The notes under the pieces were generated by a model. It was given only the letters and a program-made list of their open reading frames with translations. It ran no database searches and was not told the DNA's origin. 64,000 nt of DNA from Candidatus Zymogenaceae bacterium. Lineage in GTDB: Bacteria; Desulfobacterota; Zymogenia; Zymogenales; Zymogenaceae. The stretch is from NCBI GenBank assembly GCA_016931225.1, contig JAFGFE010000015.1:2858-66857 (forward strand), read 5' to 3'. The translations under genes were made by a program, and so were the position numbers. Of the stretch, positions 1 to 10,051 are shown piece by piece; the first letter of the stretch is position 1, and each line of letters starts with the position of its first letter.

Positions 1-657
1 GTGCCTGCGGCGGTGATCTTCGATCTCCCCGTCAGTAAAGGTGCCGTACATCCCGATGCCGATATGGGATATCGGGCGGCGAAAGGGGCCGTGTCCGGGG
101 ATGTGCCGATGGGGAATGTGGGGGCAGGGAGCGGGGCAACCGTGGGCAAGCTCTACGGTATGGAGTTCGCCGTAAAATCCGGCATCGGCACGGCGTCCGT
201 CGTTGGGGCCGGTGGGGTGGTCGTCGGGGCGGTCGCCGCGGTCAATGCGCTGGGAGATGTCATCGATCCGGAGACGGGACGGGTAATCGCCGGGACGCTC
301 AATCGGGAGCGAAACGGTTTTGTCGACGCCAGAAAGGTCATCCATGATGTCAGCTTTCCATTTATGCCCCCCGGCACGGCCACGATTATCGGTGTGGTCG
401 CCGTCAATGTGTCTTTCGGAAAGACGGATATGAACCGAATTGCACGAATGGCACACGACGGCCTCGCCCGGGCGGTATTTCCCTCTCACACCATGCTTGA
501 CGGCGATACCATTTTCGCCGTTGCGGCGGGAGGAATTGCATATGCGGATGTCAGCATATGCGGTACGCTGGCGAATGAGGCCATGAGCCTGGCGGTCATC
601 GATGCGGTCAAGAAGGCGGAAAGCATAGAAGGATATCCGGCGATCAGAGACCTGTGA
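1..657 (+). CDS. DmpA/OAT (peptidase S58, L-aminopeptidase/D-esterase) family protein, C-terminal fragment truncated by the window edge
   Basis: The ORF runs to a stop at 657 with no start inside the window. The glycine-rich motif 'GNVGAGSGATVGK' and Gly/Ala/Val-rich beta-strand regions are typical of the DmpA/ArgJ-like Ntn-hydrolase fold. Confidence 0.55.
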   Translation: MPAAVIFDLPVSKGAVHPDADMGYRAAKGAVSGDVPMGNVGAGSGATVGKLYGMEFAVKSGIGTASVVGAGGVVVGAVAAVNALGDVIDPETGRVIAGTLNRERNGFVDARKVIHDVSFPFMPPGTATIIGVVAVNVSFGKTDMNRIARMAHDGLARAVFPSHTMLDGDTIFAVAAGGIAYADVSICGTLANEAMSLAVIDAVKKAESIEGYPAIRDL

Positions 658-796
658 GTGCGGGTATCCGGCGTCGTCCCGAGTCGATCATCAGACGGGA
701 GGTACGCCCCGGATAAGGGTGAATATAAGGACGTACAAGGAGTGTGTTGTTGTCACAAAGAGCACTCGTATCTCTGACGTCTATCTGCACGTGTTA

Positions 797-892
797 CCTC
801 TTGTCAAACGACGTCATGAAGACTCCAAGGAGCAAGACGGTGTACAGGATGACCATGATTCCGAGTACCCATAACGACCATTGACCTACCAT
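797..892 (-). CDS. candidate 32-aa hydrophobic small protein (MVGQWSLWVLGIMVILYTVLLLGVFMTSFDKR)
   Basis: Hand translation of the minus strand gives an ATG at 892, preceded by AGGAGTG 9 nt upstream, and a stop at 794-796. The product has a single predicted TM helix. It lies in the intergenic gap between two + strand genes. I have no homology support. Confidence 0.2.
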
Positions 893-1332
893 TTTAAATA
901 TCACTCCTTTCTGAATTCAGCCGCACGTTCTATGACATTTATAGCCGATGTTTGTTTCATATATTCACTCCCTTTTGTATATTCTAGCATGTAAAATATA
1001 AAGAAGTTCAAATATTATTATATATTTCTATTTTTATCCTTTTATAGCTATATCGTAGCATTGTCATTTGGGGCGGTCTGTGACTCCGATTACATTACGA
1101 ATTATTTTCGTACCCGCCGGAGTATGAGGCCGGACGGGAAATATACAGTGCTCCCTTTTCGACTCCGAATATTCGTACGCTTCATACTGAAACACCTGTT
1201 TTTTAAAACGGGTGAAGATAAAAGGATGAATACGGGTGGAATGCTGTTTTGCTTGACATCAATACACATATTCTATAACATTAGCAATTTATCGTTTGTG
1301 GCCATTCATGACGAAAAATGAGGTGAAAACAT

Positions 1333-2619
1333 ATGGCGGATATTAAACCTTTTCGGGCTTTTCGATATAACGAGAGACTGCTTAGTGCAGCCGAGCGGGT
1401 GACGACACCGCCGTATGATGTCATTTCCGATCGCGATCAGGAGTATTATTACGACCAGAGTCCCCATAATGTTATCCGATTGATTTTGGGCAAAAAATTT
1501 CCGGATGATACCGAGGTACAGAACCAATATACCCGGGCCAGAGAATTTTTGGACATGTGGATCAATGAGGGGATTCTCGTTCGGGAAGAGTCCAATTGTC
1601 TGTATGGATACACACAGACATTTGTAACGGATACTGGAGTAACGTTGACACGACGCGGATTTGTGGGATTGATGAAGCTCACAAATTGGGATACCGGTAC
1701 GATCTTTCCCCACGAACGAACCTTTTCCAAACATAAAACCGACCGGCTTAACCTCATGCGTGAGGTGCGGGGCCAGTTGAGCACGGTCTTCGCCCTCTAC
1801 GCAGATACGGAGAGGAAGACGGTGGATCTGGTGGATACGGTGGTTTCGAGCACGAAACTGGCGAAATTTACCGATGCGAAGGGGGTGGAGCATCGCCTGA
1901 CACGATGTGATGATACGGAAGTGATCTCCTCGCTCACCGATCTGCTTGTCGATCTTCCCGTCTTTATCGCCGACGGACATCATCGCTACGAGACGGCGCT
2001 CATGTATCGGGATGAGATGGATGAAAAGGGCGCGTCCGGGGACGCCCACAGGTATATCATGATAAACTTCACGCCGATGGAAGACAGCGGGGTATACGTG
2101 TTGGCGCCCCATCGGGTGATTTCTACTCCCGCCGGATTCGATGAATCGGCGTTTCTTGGGCGTGCGGGGGAACATTTCAAAATAGAAGAATACACAATAC
2201 AAGGAAGCGACCTCGATGAGTTTATGACATCGATGGAACGGTCAGGAAAGGGACATTTCGGGTATTATTCGGGAGGGGATACCGCGTATCTTCTTTCCAT
2301 CAGGGACACCGATTCCATTATGAAGCTTATGCCCGATGATATGCATGAAGTCGTCAAGTCCCTTGATGTATCGGTTCTCCGCGAGGCGATCATCGGAAAA
2401 ATCATGAACGTGTCGCTTGGTGAGATATCCTATACCCGGGAGCTGGACGAGGCTCTTGGAATGCTGCGCTCAGGAAACCGGGTCGTTTTTTTCATCAATC
2501 CGACAACGATCGAAGAAGTCAGGGACGTATCCATGGAGGGGCAGCTCATGCCGCAAAAGAGTACGTTTTTCTACCCGAAGGTATGTTCCGGACTGCTGTT
2601 TAACCTGATACGTGAGTAA
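1333..2619 (+). CDS. DUF1015 family protein
   Basis: 428 aa. The N-terminus 'MADIKPFRAFRY' and the overall length are characteristic of DUF1015. A GAGGTGA ribosome-binding site lies upstream. Confidence 0.65.
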   Translation: MADIKPFRAFRYNERLLSAAERVTTPPYDVISDRDQEYYYDQSPHNVIRLILGKKFPDDTEVQNQYTRAREFLDMWINEGILVREESNCLYGYTQTFVTDTGVTLTRRGFVGLMKLTNWDTGTIFPHERTFSKHKTDRLNLMREVRGQLSTVFALYADTERKTVDLVDTVVSSTKLAKFTDAKGVEHRLTRCDDTEVISSLTDLLVDLPVFIADGHHRYETALMYRDEMDEKGASGDAHRYIMINFTPMEDSGVYVLAPHRVISTPAGFDESAFLGRAGEHFKIEEYTIQGSDLDEFMTSMERSGKGHFGYYSGGDTAYLLSIRDTDSIMKLMPDDMHEVVKSLDVSVLREAIIGKIMNVSLGEISYTRELDEALGMLRSGNRVVFFINPTTIEEVRDVSMEGQLMPQKSTFFYPKVCSGLLFNLIRE

Positions 2620-2661
2620 CGTGGTCGGTCGGCCCAAGGGTGTGAAAGGAGGGCGAAGCCG

Positions 2662-3372
2662 ATGGGGGGGCTCGTCCTGGAACAGCCGTCTGACGGCTAT
2701 CGATATTGTTTGGATCCGTTTTTGCTGGCGGATTTCGTCATCCCAAAAGATGCCGAGCGAATACTGGATGTGGGATGCGGTGTGGGTGTGATTGGTCTGG
2801 TCATCGCGTGGCTCTGGAAGAACGTCTCGATCGTCGGCGTGGAGATTCAACGGCGGCTGTTCGATTTTGCACGGGACAACACGGAAAAAAACGATTTGAG
2901 TGATCGCGTGGAGATGCTTCACGGCGATTTCCGTGAGATTTCACGTTTCATCTCCTCCGGCTCCATCACCTCCATTGTATCAAATCCACCGTTTCAACCA
3001 ATCGGCACCGGAAGGATAAGCAAAAACAGCGAGGCGGCCGTCGCCCGGCACGAGATGTGTGGAGGCGTCGGGGATTTCATAGAGGCAGCGACCGCGGTGT
3101 TGGGGAAGGGCGGAGGCATATTCCTCGTGTATCCGGCTCATCGGTGGACACGACTTTCCGCACAGCTTGAGGATGCCGGTTTCGGGCCGAAGCGGATTCG
3201 GTTTGTTTATCCACGGCCGAAGGCCGCAGCACACCTTGTTCTTGTGGAAGCGGAATACCGCAAGGAACACGAGCTTGAAATGTCAACCCCGCTCGTCATA
3301 TATAACGAGAACGGTGAATATACAAAAGAAGTTGGCAAGCTTTTTGCTAAATTATCAACACATTGTTATTGA
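2662..3372 (+). CDS. class I SAM-dependent N6-adenine methyltransferase (tRNA m6A37 TrmN6/YfiC-like)
   Basis: SAM-binding motif 'ILDVGCGVGVIGLVIA' and catalytic 'NPPF' motif. ~236 aa. AAGGAGGG ribosome-binding site upstream. Confidence 0.55.
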   Translation: MGGLVLEQPSDGYRYCLDPFLLADFVIPKDAERILDVGCGVGVIGLVIAWLWKNVSIVGVEIQRRLFDFARDNTEKNDLSDRVEMLHGDFREISRFISSGSITSIVSNPPFQPIGTGRISKNSEAAVARHEMCGGVGDFIEAATAVLGKGGGIFLVYPAHRWTRLSAQLEDAGFGPKRIRFVYPRPKAAAHLVLVEAEYRKEHELEMSTPLVIYNENGEYTKEVGKLFAKLSTHCY

Positions 3373-3397
3373 CAGACATGTCGTGAAGTGGTTTAAT
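3369..3397 (+). promoter_or_regulatory. sigma70-type promoter upstream of rpoN (TTGACA-17 bp-TTTAAT)
   Basis: Perfect -35 TTGACA at 3369-3374, a 17-nt spacer, then TTTAAT at 3392-3397, about 70 nt upstream of the rpoN ATG. Confidence 0.4.
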
Positions 3398-3465
3398 GAA
3401 ATCGAGTAATGAGATGACACAGAGAAACAGTATAAGAAGAATAAGCCGAACACGGCTGATGTTCC

Positions 3466-4866
3466 ATGGCTCAGGAATTACGACAAGAGTTAAAACTCGC
3501 CCAGAAACTGGTGCTGACACCCCAATTGCAGCAGGCCATAAAACTTCTTCAATTGACCAGACTGGAGCTGAGAGAACACATTAGCCAGGAATTGACGGAA
3601 AATCCGGTTCTTGAAGAAACTCTCGAAGCGTCGGACGGCGGTTCCGCCGAAGAATCCCTTGTTGAAAAGTTGATACAAGATGATGGAGTATACGGCTTCC
3701 CGGATGGGTATTCCTATCGTGACGGTTTTACCGATTCGGATGAAAAACAGAGTTTTATAGAGAACTCCGCACGGAAAAGCGGATCGCTGATGGATCATCT
3801 CATATGGCAGATTAGCATGAGCGATCTTGACAAATATAAAGTCCAGATCGCTGTGGAAATCGCTGGAAATCTCAATGACGACGGGTATCTCTCGGCGACG
3901 CTGGATGAAATTGCCGAAAACAACAATGTGCCGATATCGGGTGTGGAATCGGTATTGAAGAAGGTTCAGCTCATGGATCCGGTGGGGGTGGCCGCCAGGG
4001 GGTTGCAGGAATGTCTCATGGTGCAGGCACAATATCTCAACATGGCAACGCCACTGGTGCAGGGAATTATCGATGAATATCTGCCGAAGCTGCAAAACAG
4101 AAACTACTCCTTCATCGCAAAAAAGATGGGGGTGGATATTGGTGAGGTTATTGAAGCGGTTGAGGTGATAACCGGTTTGGATCCGAAGCCGGGAAGAGCA
4201 TTCAACATCGAAGAGCCGCAATACATTATTCCGGACGTGTTTGTCTACAAGGTAGACAATGAATACATTATCAATCTGAACGATAACGGTTTGCCCCGGC
4301 TCAGAATCAGCAAATTGTATAAAGATATGCTCAACAGCGGCACTGAGCTACCGGACGCCACAAAAGATTTCATCATGGAGCGGATACGTTCCGCCACCTG
4401 GTTGATAAAAAGCATCCATCAGCGACAGCGGACAATACAGAAGGTATCGCAAAGTATCGTGGAGCACCAGAAGGATTTTCTCGATCGGGGTATCGAGTAT
4501 CTGAAACCGATGGTGCTTCGGGACATCGCGGATGACGTGGGGGTTCATGAATCCACCGTCAGCCGGGTGACGAACGGGAAGTATATGTATACGCCACGGG
4601 GGGTATTTGAACTCAAGTATTTTTTTACGGGAAAGGTCAGCTCTGATATTGGTGAAGACAAATCGGTCGAGACAGTGAAGAATCGCATCAAGGAAATCAT
4701 CAATGAAGAAAATTCCGCCCGGCCCATCAGCGATCAACTGATAACCAGGATGCTTAAAGAGGAAGGGATCAACATCGCTCGAAGGACGGTTGCAAAATAT
4801 CGTGAGCAGTTGGGAATTCTTTCCTCGTCCCGAAGGAAAATATATACAGTCAAGGAGGCCAATTAA
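3466..4866 (+). CDS. rpoN: RNA polymerase sigma-54 factor
   Basis: N-terminal Gln/Leu-rich region 'LKLAQKLVLTPQLQQAIKLLQLTRLEL', the HTH, and the C-terminal RpoN box 'ARRTVAKYRE'. 466 aa. Confidence 0.95.
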   Translation: MAQELRQELKLAQKLVLTPQLQQAIKLLQLTRLELREHISQELTENPVLEETLEASDGGSAEESLVEKLIQDDGVYGFPDGYSYRDGFTDSDEKQSFIENSARKSGSLMDHLIWQISMSDLDKYKVQIAVEIAGNLNDDGYLSATLDEIAENNNVPISGVESVLKKVQLMDPVGVAARGLQECLMVQAQYLNMATPLVQGIIDEYLPKLQNRNYSFIAKKMGVDIGEVIEAVEVITGLDPKPGRAFNIEEPQYIIPDVFVYKVDNEYIINLNDNGLPRLRISKLYKDMLNSGTELPDATKDFIMERIRSATWLIKSIHQRQRTIQKVSQSIVEHQKDFLDRGIEYLKPMVLRDIADDVGVHESTVSRVTNGKYMYTPRGVFELKYFFTGKVSSDIGEDKSVETVKNRIKEIINEENSARPISDQLITRMLKEEGINIARRTVAKYREQLGILSSSRRKIYTVKEAN

Positions 4867-5420
4867 TGCGGGTCAATGTTACGTTTAGACATATGGAGAA
4901 TACCGAGGCGCTTCGGCAGTATGCCGAGGAAAAGCTTCAAAGAATCAAGAAATATCTCTATACCCCCGCCGATATTTCGGTCGTGTTGTCTGTTGAAAAA
5001 CATCGGCACATTGCAGAGGTGATAATAAACGCGGAAAAGATGACCATTAAGGGCAAGGAAGCCACAGACGATATGTATTCGGCCATCGATATTGTTATTG
5101 AAAAAATCGAGAAACAGGCGAAGAAACATAAGGACAAGATGGTCGGCCATAACAAGGCGAATGTCAAAGATCGCCCGCTGGGGATGAATCCGTCTGAATC
5201 CGATTTCTCCGGCGATGTGTCTAACGATGCAACAATTAATATCGTTACACAGACCATCGACGGAAAACCGATGACGGCGGAAGAGGCGGCGATGCAGTTG
5301 GATGATTCCGGAAGGGAGTTTCTCGTCTTTATCAACGCCGAGTCGAAAGATGTCAACGTTGTATATAAGCGCAGGGATGGAGACTACGGCCTTATTATTC
5401 CCTCTGAAGAGCGAAGCTGA
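4866..5420 (+). CDS. hpf: ribosome hibernation promoting factor (long form)
   Basis: Start 'MRVNVTFRHME...' is the canonical HPF/RaiA N-terminus. 184 aa with a C-terminal dimerisation domain. TAATG overlap with the rpoN stop. Confidence 0.9.
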   Translation: MRVNVTFRHMENTEALRQYAEEKLQRIKKYLYTPADISVVLSVEKHRHIAEVIINAEKMTIKGKEATDDMYSAIDIVIEKIEKQAKKHKDKMVGHNKANVKDRPLGMNPSESDFSGDVSNDATINIVTQTIDGKPMTAEEAAMQLDDSGREFLVFINAESKDVNVVYKRRDGDYGLIIPSEERS

Positions 5421-5440
5421 TCATACGAAAAAGGTGATGG

Positions 5441-5899
5441 ATGAAGATTCTGGACATTATCAACGAAGATCTCATCAAACCGGATCTTTCGGCGACGAAC
5501 AAGGAAGAGGCTCTGGCGGAATTGGCGAGTCTGATCGCCACGAAGGAGGGCCTTGACGAGAATAGAATCGTGGGGGTGCTCAGAGAACGGGAAAAGCTGG
5601 GAAGCACGGGTATCGGAGACGGTATCGCCATTCCTCACGGGAAGCTCAAGGGACTCAAGAAGCTTGTCGCATCATTTGGAAGATCAACAAAGGGCATTGA
5701 CTTTCAATCCATTGACGGAAGGCCCACGCATTTATTTTTCCTGTTGATGGCTCCCGAAAACACCGCCGGTGTGCATTTGAAGGCGCTTGCCCGCATTTCC
5801 AGGCTGCTCAAGGATAAAAAATTTCGGGAATCACTCCTGGTTGCCGGCACCACCGAGGAGATATTTCAGGCGTTGCAAGACCAGGATGAAAAATTATAA
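5441..5899 (+). CDS. ptsN: PTS IIA-like nitrogen regulatory protein (EIIA-Ntr)
   Basis: 152 aa. Phosphorylation-site region 'GIGDGIAIPHGK'. Canonical position after rpoN-hpf. Confidence 0.85.
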   Translation: MKILDIINEDLIKPDLSATNKEEALAELASLIATKEGLDENRIVGVLREREKLGSTGIGDGIAIPHGKLKGLKKLVASFGRSTKGIDFQSIDGRPTHLFFLLMAPENTAGVHLKALARISRLLKDKKFRESLLVAGTTEEIFQALQDQDEKL

Positions 5900-5923
5900 T
5901 AAAGCAGTAATACAGACCGGCCC

Positions 5924-6460
5924 GTGAAAATCACGCGCAGAACAATTCACGGCACTCTCCTGTATATATTCAATCGAGGCGTTCTGATTATCGGGGAGAG
6001 CGGTACCGGTAAAAGCCGCATTGCCAGGGATATTCTCGGACATATGGACTTTTTCGGGCAATGCGGCTTGGTTCGTTCCGGGAGGCTTGTCGCGGACGAT
6101 ATTATAGAACTGGAGATGACATCGGAGGGCCTCGTTGGTGCGGCGCCACACACCCTCTTCGGGCTTTTGGAAATCTCGGGTGTGGGGATCATCGACGTAC
6201 GACGGGTGTTCGGCCCCTCTCTGGTTCGGCGATCATCTTCCATCGACATCATTGTACGTCTGGAGGAATCGCCGGATGTATTGACGGCCGCTCCAAAAAT
6301 GACGGTATCAATCAACTCTCACGGAGAGGAAGATATCCCGGTCATTTATATCGCTGCAGGGGTGTCCGGTGATGCGGTCGCGGCGGCGGTTATCGAACAT
6401 ATCATGATCGAGGCGGGCGTCGAGGCGCCGGTCCTCGATGAACTTGTAAAGCAGAGATGA
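5924..6460 (+). CDS. hprK: HPr kinase/phosphorylase, short form (kinase domain only)
   Basis: GTG start. Walker A 'GESGTGKS'. 178 aa, so it lacks the N-terminal domain found in Firmicutes HprK. Confidence 0.8.
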   Translation: MKITRRTIHGTLLYIFNRGVLIIGESGTGKSRIARDILGHMDFFGQCGLVRSGRLVADDIIELEMTSEGLVGAAPHTLFGLLEISGVGIIDVRRVFGPSLVRRSSSIDIIVRLEESPDVLTAAPKMTVSINSHGEEDIPVIYIAAGVSGDAVAAAVIEHIMIEAGVEAPVLDELVKQR

Positions 6461-7332
6461 CATTCAGTGCACCAAGTATACATCTCTTTATTGTGACCGG
6501 GCTTTCGGGATCGGGAAAAAGCACCGTTATCAACGCCCTGGAGGATATCGGTTTTTTCTGCATCGATAATATGCCGGTCGTACTCCTGCCGACGTTTGTG
6601 GATCTGCTCCATCAATCAAGCTGGGATATCAACAAAGTCGCCATTGTGATGGACGTGAGGGAGCGGAGGTTTTTGTCTGAGTTCCCGGACGTTTTTGAAG
6701 AACTTACGGAAAAGGGACAGCCATACCATATCATCTTTCTCGAAGCCACAGATGATATCCTGATTCGCCGGTACAAGGAAACAAGACGCTCCCATCCCAT
6801 GGCGGAAAATCCCCGGGAGGGCATCGCCCGGGAGCGAAAAGCCCTGGGCGAGCTGAAAGGCCAGGCGCATCTGATCATCGATACGTCTGATTTCACACCG
6901 CACCAGCTCAGGGACCGCATCTTCGATTATTTCAAGGAGCTCGTCCCGAAGCGTAAGCTGAGGGTGACGGTCATGTCGTTCGGGTATCGCCATGGGACCC
7001 CGTCGGAAGCGGACGTGATGATGGACGTTCGGTTTTTACCGAATCCGTTCTTCGTGGAGACGCTGAAAAAGAAGACGGGAATGGACGGGCAGGTAAAGAA
7101 ATTCGTCCTGGGAAAACAGGAGACGAGCGAATTTCTTCAGTTGTTCAAGAACCTTCTTTCGTACCTGATCCCCCGGTACGTCGAGGAGGGGAGGTCCTAT
7201 CTGACCGTGGCGTTGGGATGTACCGGAGGCATACACAGGTCGGTGGTTCTGGCGGGTGAGGTGGCTCGGTGGCTCGGAGATTCGGAAGACTGTATCATAA
7301 ACGTGGTACACAGGGATATTAACAAAAAATAA
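6457..7332 (+). CDS. rapZ: RNase adapter protein RapZ (YhbJ, P-loop NTPase)
   Basis: 'FIVTGLSGSGKSTVINALEDIGFFCIDNMP' is canonical RapZ. 291 aa. 4-bp overlap with hprK. Confidence 0.9.
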   Translation: MTFSAPSIHLFIVTGLSGSGKSTVINALEDIGFFCIDNMPVVLLPTFVDLLHQSSWDINKVAIVMDVRERRFLSEFPDVFEELTEKGQPYHIIFLEATDDILIRRYKETRRSHPMAENPREGIARERKALGELKGQAHLIIDTSDFTPHQLRDRIFDYFKELVPKRKLRVTVMSFGYRHGTPSEADVMMDVRFLPNPFFVETLKKKTGMDGQVKKFVLGKQETSEFLQLFKNLLSYLIPRYVEEGRSYLTVALGCTGGIHRSVVLAGEVARWLGDSEDCIINVVHRDINKK

Positions 7333-7336
7333 AAAA

Positions 7337-7750
7337 ATGAGTGACTGTATGGTGGGTATAGTGATCGTTTCCCATTTAAAGCTTGCAGAAGAAATGTTGA
7401 AAACGGCGGAGCTGATCGTCGGTCCCATAGAGAAGGCGAAAGCGCTTTCCCTTGATCCGAAGAAGGACGTCGACGTGATGCGAAATGAAATAAAAAAGGC
7501 CATAAAGGAAGTCCAGACGGGTGAGGGAGTCATCGTGCTGACGGACATGTTCGGCGGAACACCATCCAATCTTGCCCTGACATTTCTTGATGCGGGTATT
7601 GAAGTAATCTCGGGTTTCAATCTTCCGATGCTGATAAAGATCGCGACACACCGGGAAGGGTTGGAAGTAAAGGAGGTCGCGCGCATCGCCAAAACATACG
7701 GCATCAGTAATATCAACGTGGCCACTGAATTTTTGAGCACGAAGAAATAG
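7337..7750 (+). CDS. PTS mannose-family EIIA component
   Basis: 137 aa. 'VGIVIVSHLKLAEE' with the active His in 'VSH', typical of EIIA-Man. Confidence 0.85.
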   Translation: MSDCMVGIVIVSHLKLAEEMLKTAELIVGPIEKAKALSLDPKKDVDVMRNEIKKAIKEVQTGEGVIVLTDMFGGTPSNLALTFLDAGIEVISGFNLPMLIKIATHREGLEVKEVARIAKTYGISNINVATEFLSTKK

Positions 7751-7751
7751 T

Positions 7752-8246
7752 ATGGGCATTATCCTGGTACGAGTGGACAGTCGTCTAATCCATGGACAAA
7801 TCCTTGAGGCATGGATTCCGCATACCGGATCGGACGCTTTGATGGTGGTGGACGACGAGGTGGCGGGAGACCTGCTCCGCCGTACCGTCATGCAGATGGC
7901 GGTGCCAAGCAGTATCAGCGTGTCATTCGAAACCGTCCAGGACGCCGTAAGTCAATATAAACAAAACGGGTTTCAAGGCAGGAAAATGATGCTGCTGTTT
8001 TCGAAACTCGATGACGCCGTCAATGCATTCAGGAACGGCCTCAATTTCAACGCATTGAACCTGGGCAACATGCATTACTGCGAAGGAAAGGTCCAGGTGT
8101 GTGCGAATATCTGCCTGGATTCGGATGACCTGACCCGCATCATGTACCTGGAAAAAATGGGCGTATACATCGATTCCCGCTCGGTTCCGGGGGAGAAGAA
8201 GCTCGATCTTTCGAAGACCGCGTTTCTGAAGAAACAGCTTTTTTAA
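7752..8246 (+). CDS. PTS mannose/sorbose-family EIIB component
   Basis: 'VRVDSRLIHGQ' is the EIIB-Man phospho-His signature. 164 aa. Confidence 0.85.
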   Translation: MGIILVRVDSRLIHGQILEAWIPHTGSDALMVVDDEVAGDLLRRTVMQMAVPSSISVSFETVQDAVSQYKQNGFQGRKMMLLFSKLDDAVNAFRNGLNFNALNLGNMHYCEGKVQVCANICLDSDDLTRIMYLEKMGVYIDSRSVPGEKKLDLSKTAFLKKQLF

Positions 8247-8251
8247 CGAAG

Positions 8252-8971
8252 ATGAGTATTTATTCATTTACCATACCATATGTGCTTCTTGGAATCGTCG
8301 GTGCCGTCCTGCATCTTGATCGGACGTACGTTTTGCAGGTCATGATATCCCGTCCGTTGATCGCCTCCTCGATCGCCGGTGCGATTCTGGGCGATGTTCT
8401 CATCGGGCTGACCGCGGGAATGACCCTTGAGTTGCTCTGGCTGGGGATACAGCCCCTGGGTACATCAATCCCCCCTCATGATACGCTCGTATCTCTGGTC
8501 GCTCCGTCCGCCGTGATACTTTCACTGAGGATCGTCGATACTCCACAGGAGAGCACCCTGGCGGGCATGATCGCGCTCTCCATACTCCTGTCGCTTCCCC
8601 TGGGAGAGATCGGACGAATCGCCGACATACAATTGCGCAAAAAGAACGGCACCATGCTGGCCGAGGTGAAAGAGGAAATCGGCTCCGGAGACGTCGCCCC
8701 CGTTGCGAGAAAGGTGTTCAAAAGCATCGGCATGGCGGGGATATGTTTTTTTGTGTTGTCCCTTATTTCCGTGGCGCTGATAACGATGATTCTGGCGCTT
8801 GTTGTCCCACTGCTTCCCGAAAGATTGTGGACCGGGCTGGAGATCATTTGCCTTTCCATACCGATTTTCGGCGTTGTTTCAATGATCGCCGCCGGCATGT
8901 CTCCGGTCAGGTTCGGTGTTTCATTCCTGGCGGCGTGTGCCGCGCTCTTTCTGATTGTGGGGGTAGTATAA
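8252..8971 (+). CDS. PTS mannose-family EIIC component (membrane)
   Basis: 239 aa polytopic membrane protein immediately following IIB. Hydrophobic profile typical of IIC-Man. Confidence 0.75.
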   Translation: MSIYSFTIPYVLLGIVGAVLHLDRTYVLQVMISRPLIASSIAGAILGDVLIGLTAGMTLELLWLGIQPLGTSIPPHDTLVSLVAPSAVILSLRIVDTPQESTLAGMIALSILLSLPLGEIGRIADIQLRKKNGTMLAEVKEEIGSGDVAPVARKVFKSIGMAGICFFVLSLISVALITMILALVVPLLPERLWTGLEIICLSIPIFGVVSMIAAGMSPVRFGVSFLAACAALFLIVGVV

Positions 8972-8972
8972 C

Positions 8973-9713
8973 GTGAGGGGAACGCTGGGACGAATATTTT
9001 TCCGGAGCTTCTTGATTCAGGCGGCATGGACGTTTGAAGGATTGCAGAGTATCGGTTTTACCTACGGCATCGCGCCGCTTCTCAAGCAGGTATATCCCGA
9101 TCCCCGGGAGCGGGCAAAGGTGGTTGGAAAATATTTGGACTTTTTTAATTCACATCCATATATGTCTACAGCGATCCTCGGAGCCACGGCATCGCTGGAG
9201 CTTGCGGAGAAGCGGGAGAATAGGGGGACACCGGAACAGCTCAAGAATACCGTCTCCGGCCCGCTGGCGGCGATTGGTGATGCGCTGTTCTGGACGGGAT
9301 TGAAACCACTTTTTTCCATCATCGCGGTTATTGCCTCGTTCCTTGGATACATGGCGGGCCCGCTTATATTTCTGGTGTTGTTTAACGCCTTTCACATCTG
9401 GATGCGGATCGTTGGATTCATCCAGGGATTGCACCACGGTTTCGGCCTGGTGCGTTTCGTGGATGCCCTGAAGCTGCCGGAGCTGACTCGATTTATCAAG
9501 CAGGTGACGACGATTCTCTTGGGTGTATTCAGTGCGTGTTTTTTGTTTTTTTTGCCGAATATTTCTACACTTTCAATACCACCGTTGTTTCGAATGCTGG
9601 CTGTCTGTCCTTTTTTCTGTGTCTATCTGTTGATAAAAAGGCGGGTGCCGGTGCTTGTCCAGATTTATGTTTACTCTGTAGCGGTTCTTGCATTCTTTCT
9701 CTTGTGGGGATGA
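8973..9713 (+). CDS. PTS mannose-family EIID component (membrane)
   Basis: 246 aa. N-terminal 'FFRSFLIQAAWTFEGLQSIGF' is typical of IID-Man. Follows IIC with a 1-nt gap. Confidence 0.8.
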   Translation: MRGTLGRIFFRSFLIQAAWTFEGLQSIGFTYGIAPLLKQVYPDPRERAKVVGKYLDFFNSHPYMSTAILGATASLELAEKRENRGTPEQLKNTVSGPLAAIGDALFWTGLKPLFSIIAVIASFLGYMAGPLIFLVLFNAFHIWMRIVGFIQGLHHGFGLVRFVDALKLPELTRFIKQVTTILLGVFSACFLFFLPNISTLSIPPLFRMLAVCPFFCVYLLIKRRVPVLVQIYVYSVAVLAFFLLWG

Positions 9714-9741
9714 GTATTCTGAAATGTGTGAAATAAGTGAC

Positions 9742-10041
9742 ATGACAAAGAAAAATCAAAACGAAGATCAGAGTACTGTTTCGGAACAATTCGAAATCGT
9801 CAACACGCTGGGCCTCCATGCCCGGGCGGCAGTGCTGTTCATCAAGGTTGCAAAGGAATATCAATCCGATATTCAGGTCGTCAAAGACGGGCTGGAGGTT
9901 AACGGAAAGAGTATTATGGGTATTCTTATGCTGGCGGCGACTAAAGGCAGCATAATCACAATCAATGCCCAGGGCACGGACGCCGAGGATGCCATACGTG
10001 AGCTGGGGAAATTGATTGAGAACAAGTTTGGAGAAGAGTAA
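9742..10041 (+). CDS. ptsH: phosphocarrier protein HPr
   Basis: 'NTLGLHARAA' is the active-site His15 region. The start is set at the internal ATG (MTKKNQ...); the longer ORF begins at 9688. Confidence 0.85.
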   Translation: MTKKNQNEDQSTVSEQFEIVNTLGLHARAAVLFIKVAKEYQSDIQVVKDGLEVNGKSIMGILMLAATKGSIITINAQGTDAEDAIRELGKLIENKFGEE

Positions 10042-10051
10042 CGTGACTGCC

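Noticed and set aside
1061-1321. 86-aa + strand ORF in the AT-rich region upstream of the DUF1015 gene
   Set aside because: AT-rich promoter-like sequence with a low-complexity, Phe/Ile/Lys-rich translation. Almost certainly spurious.
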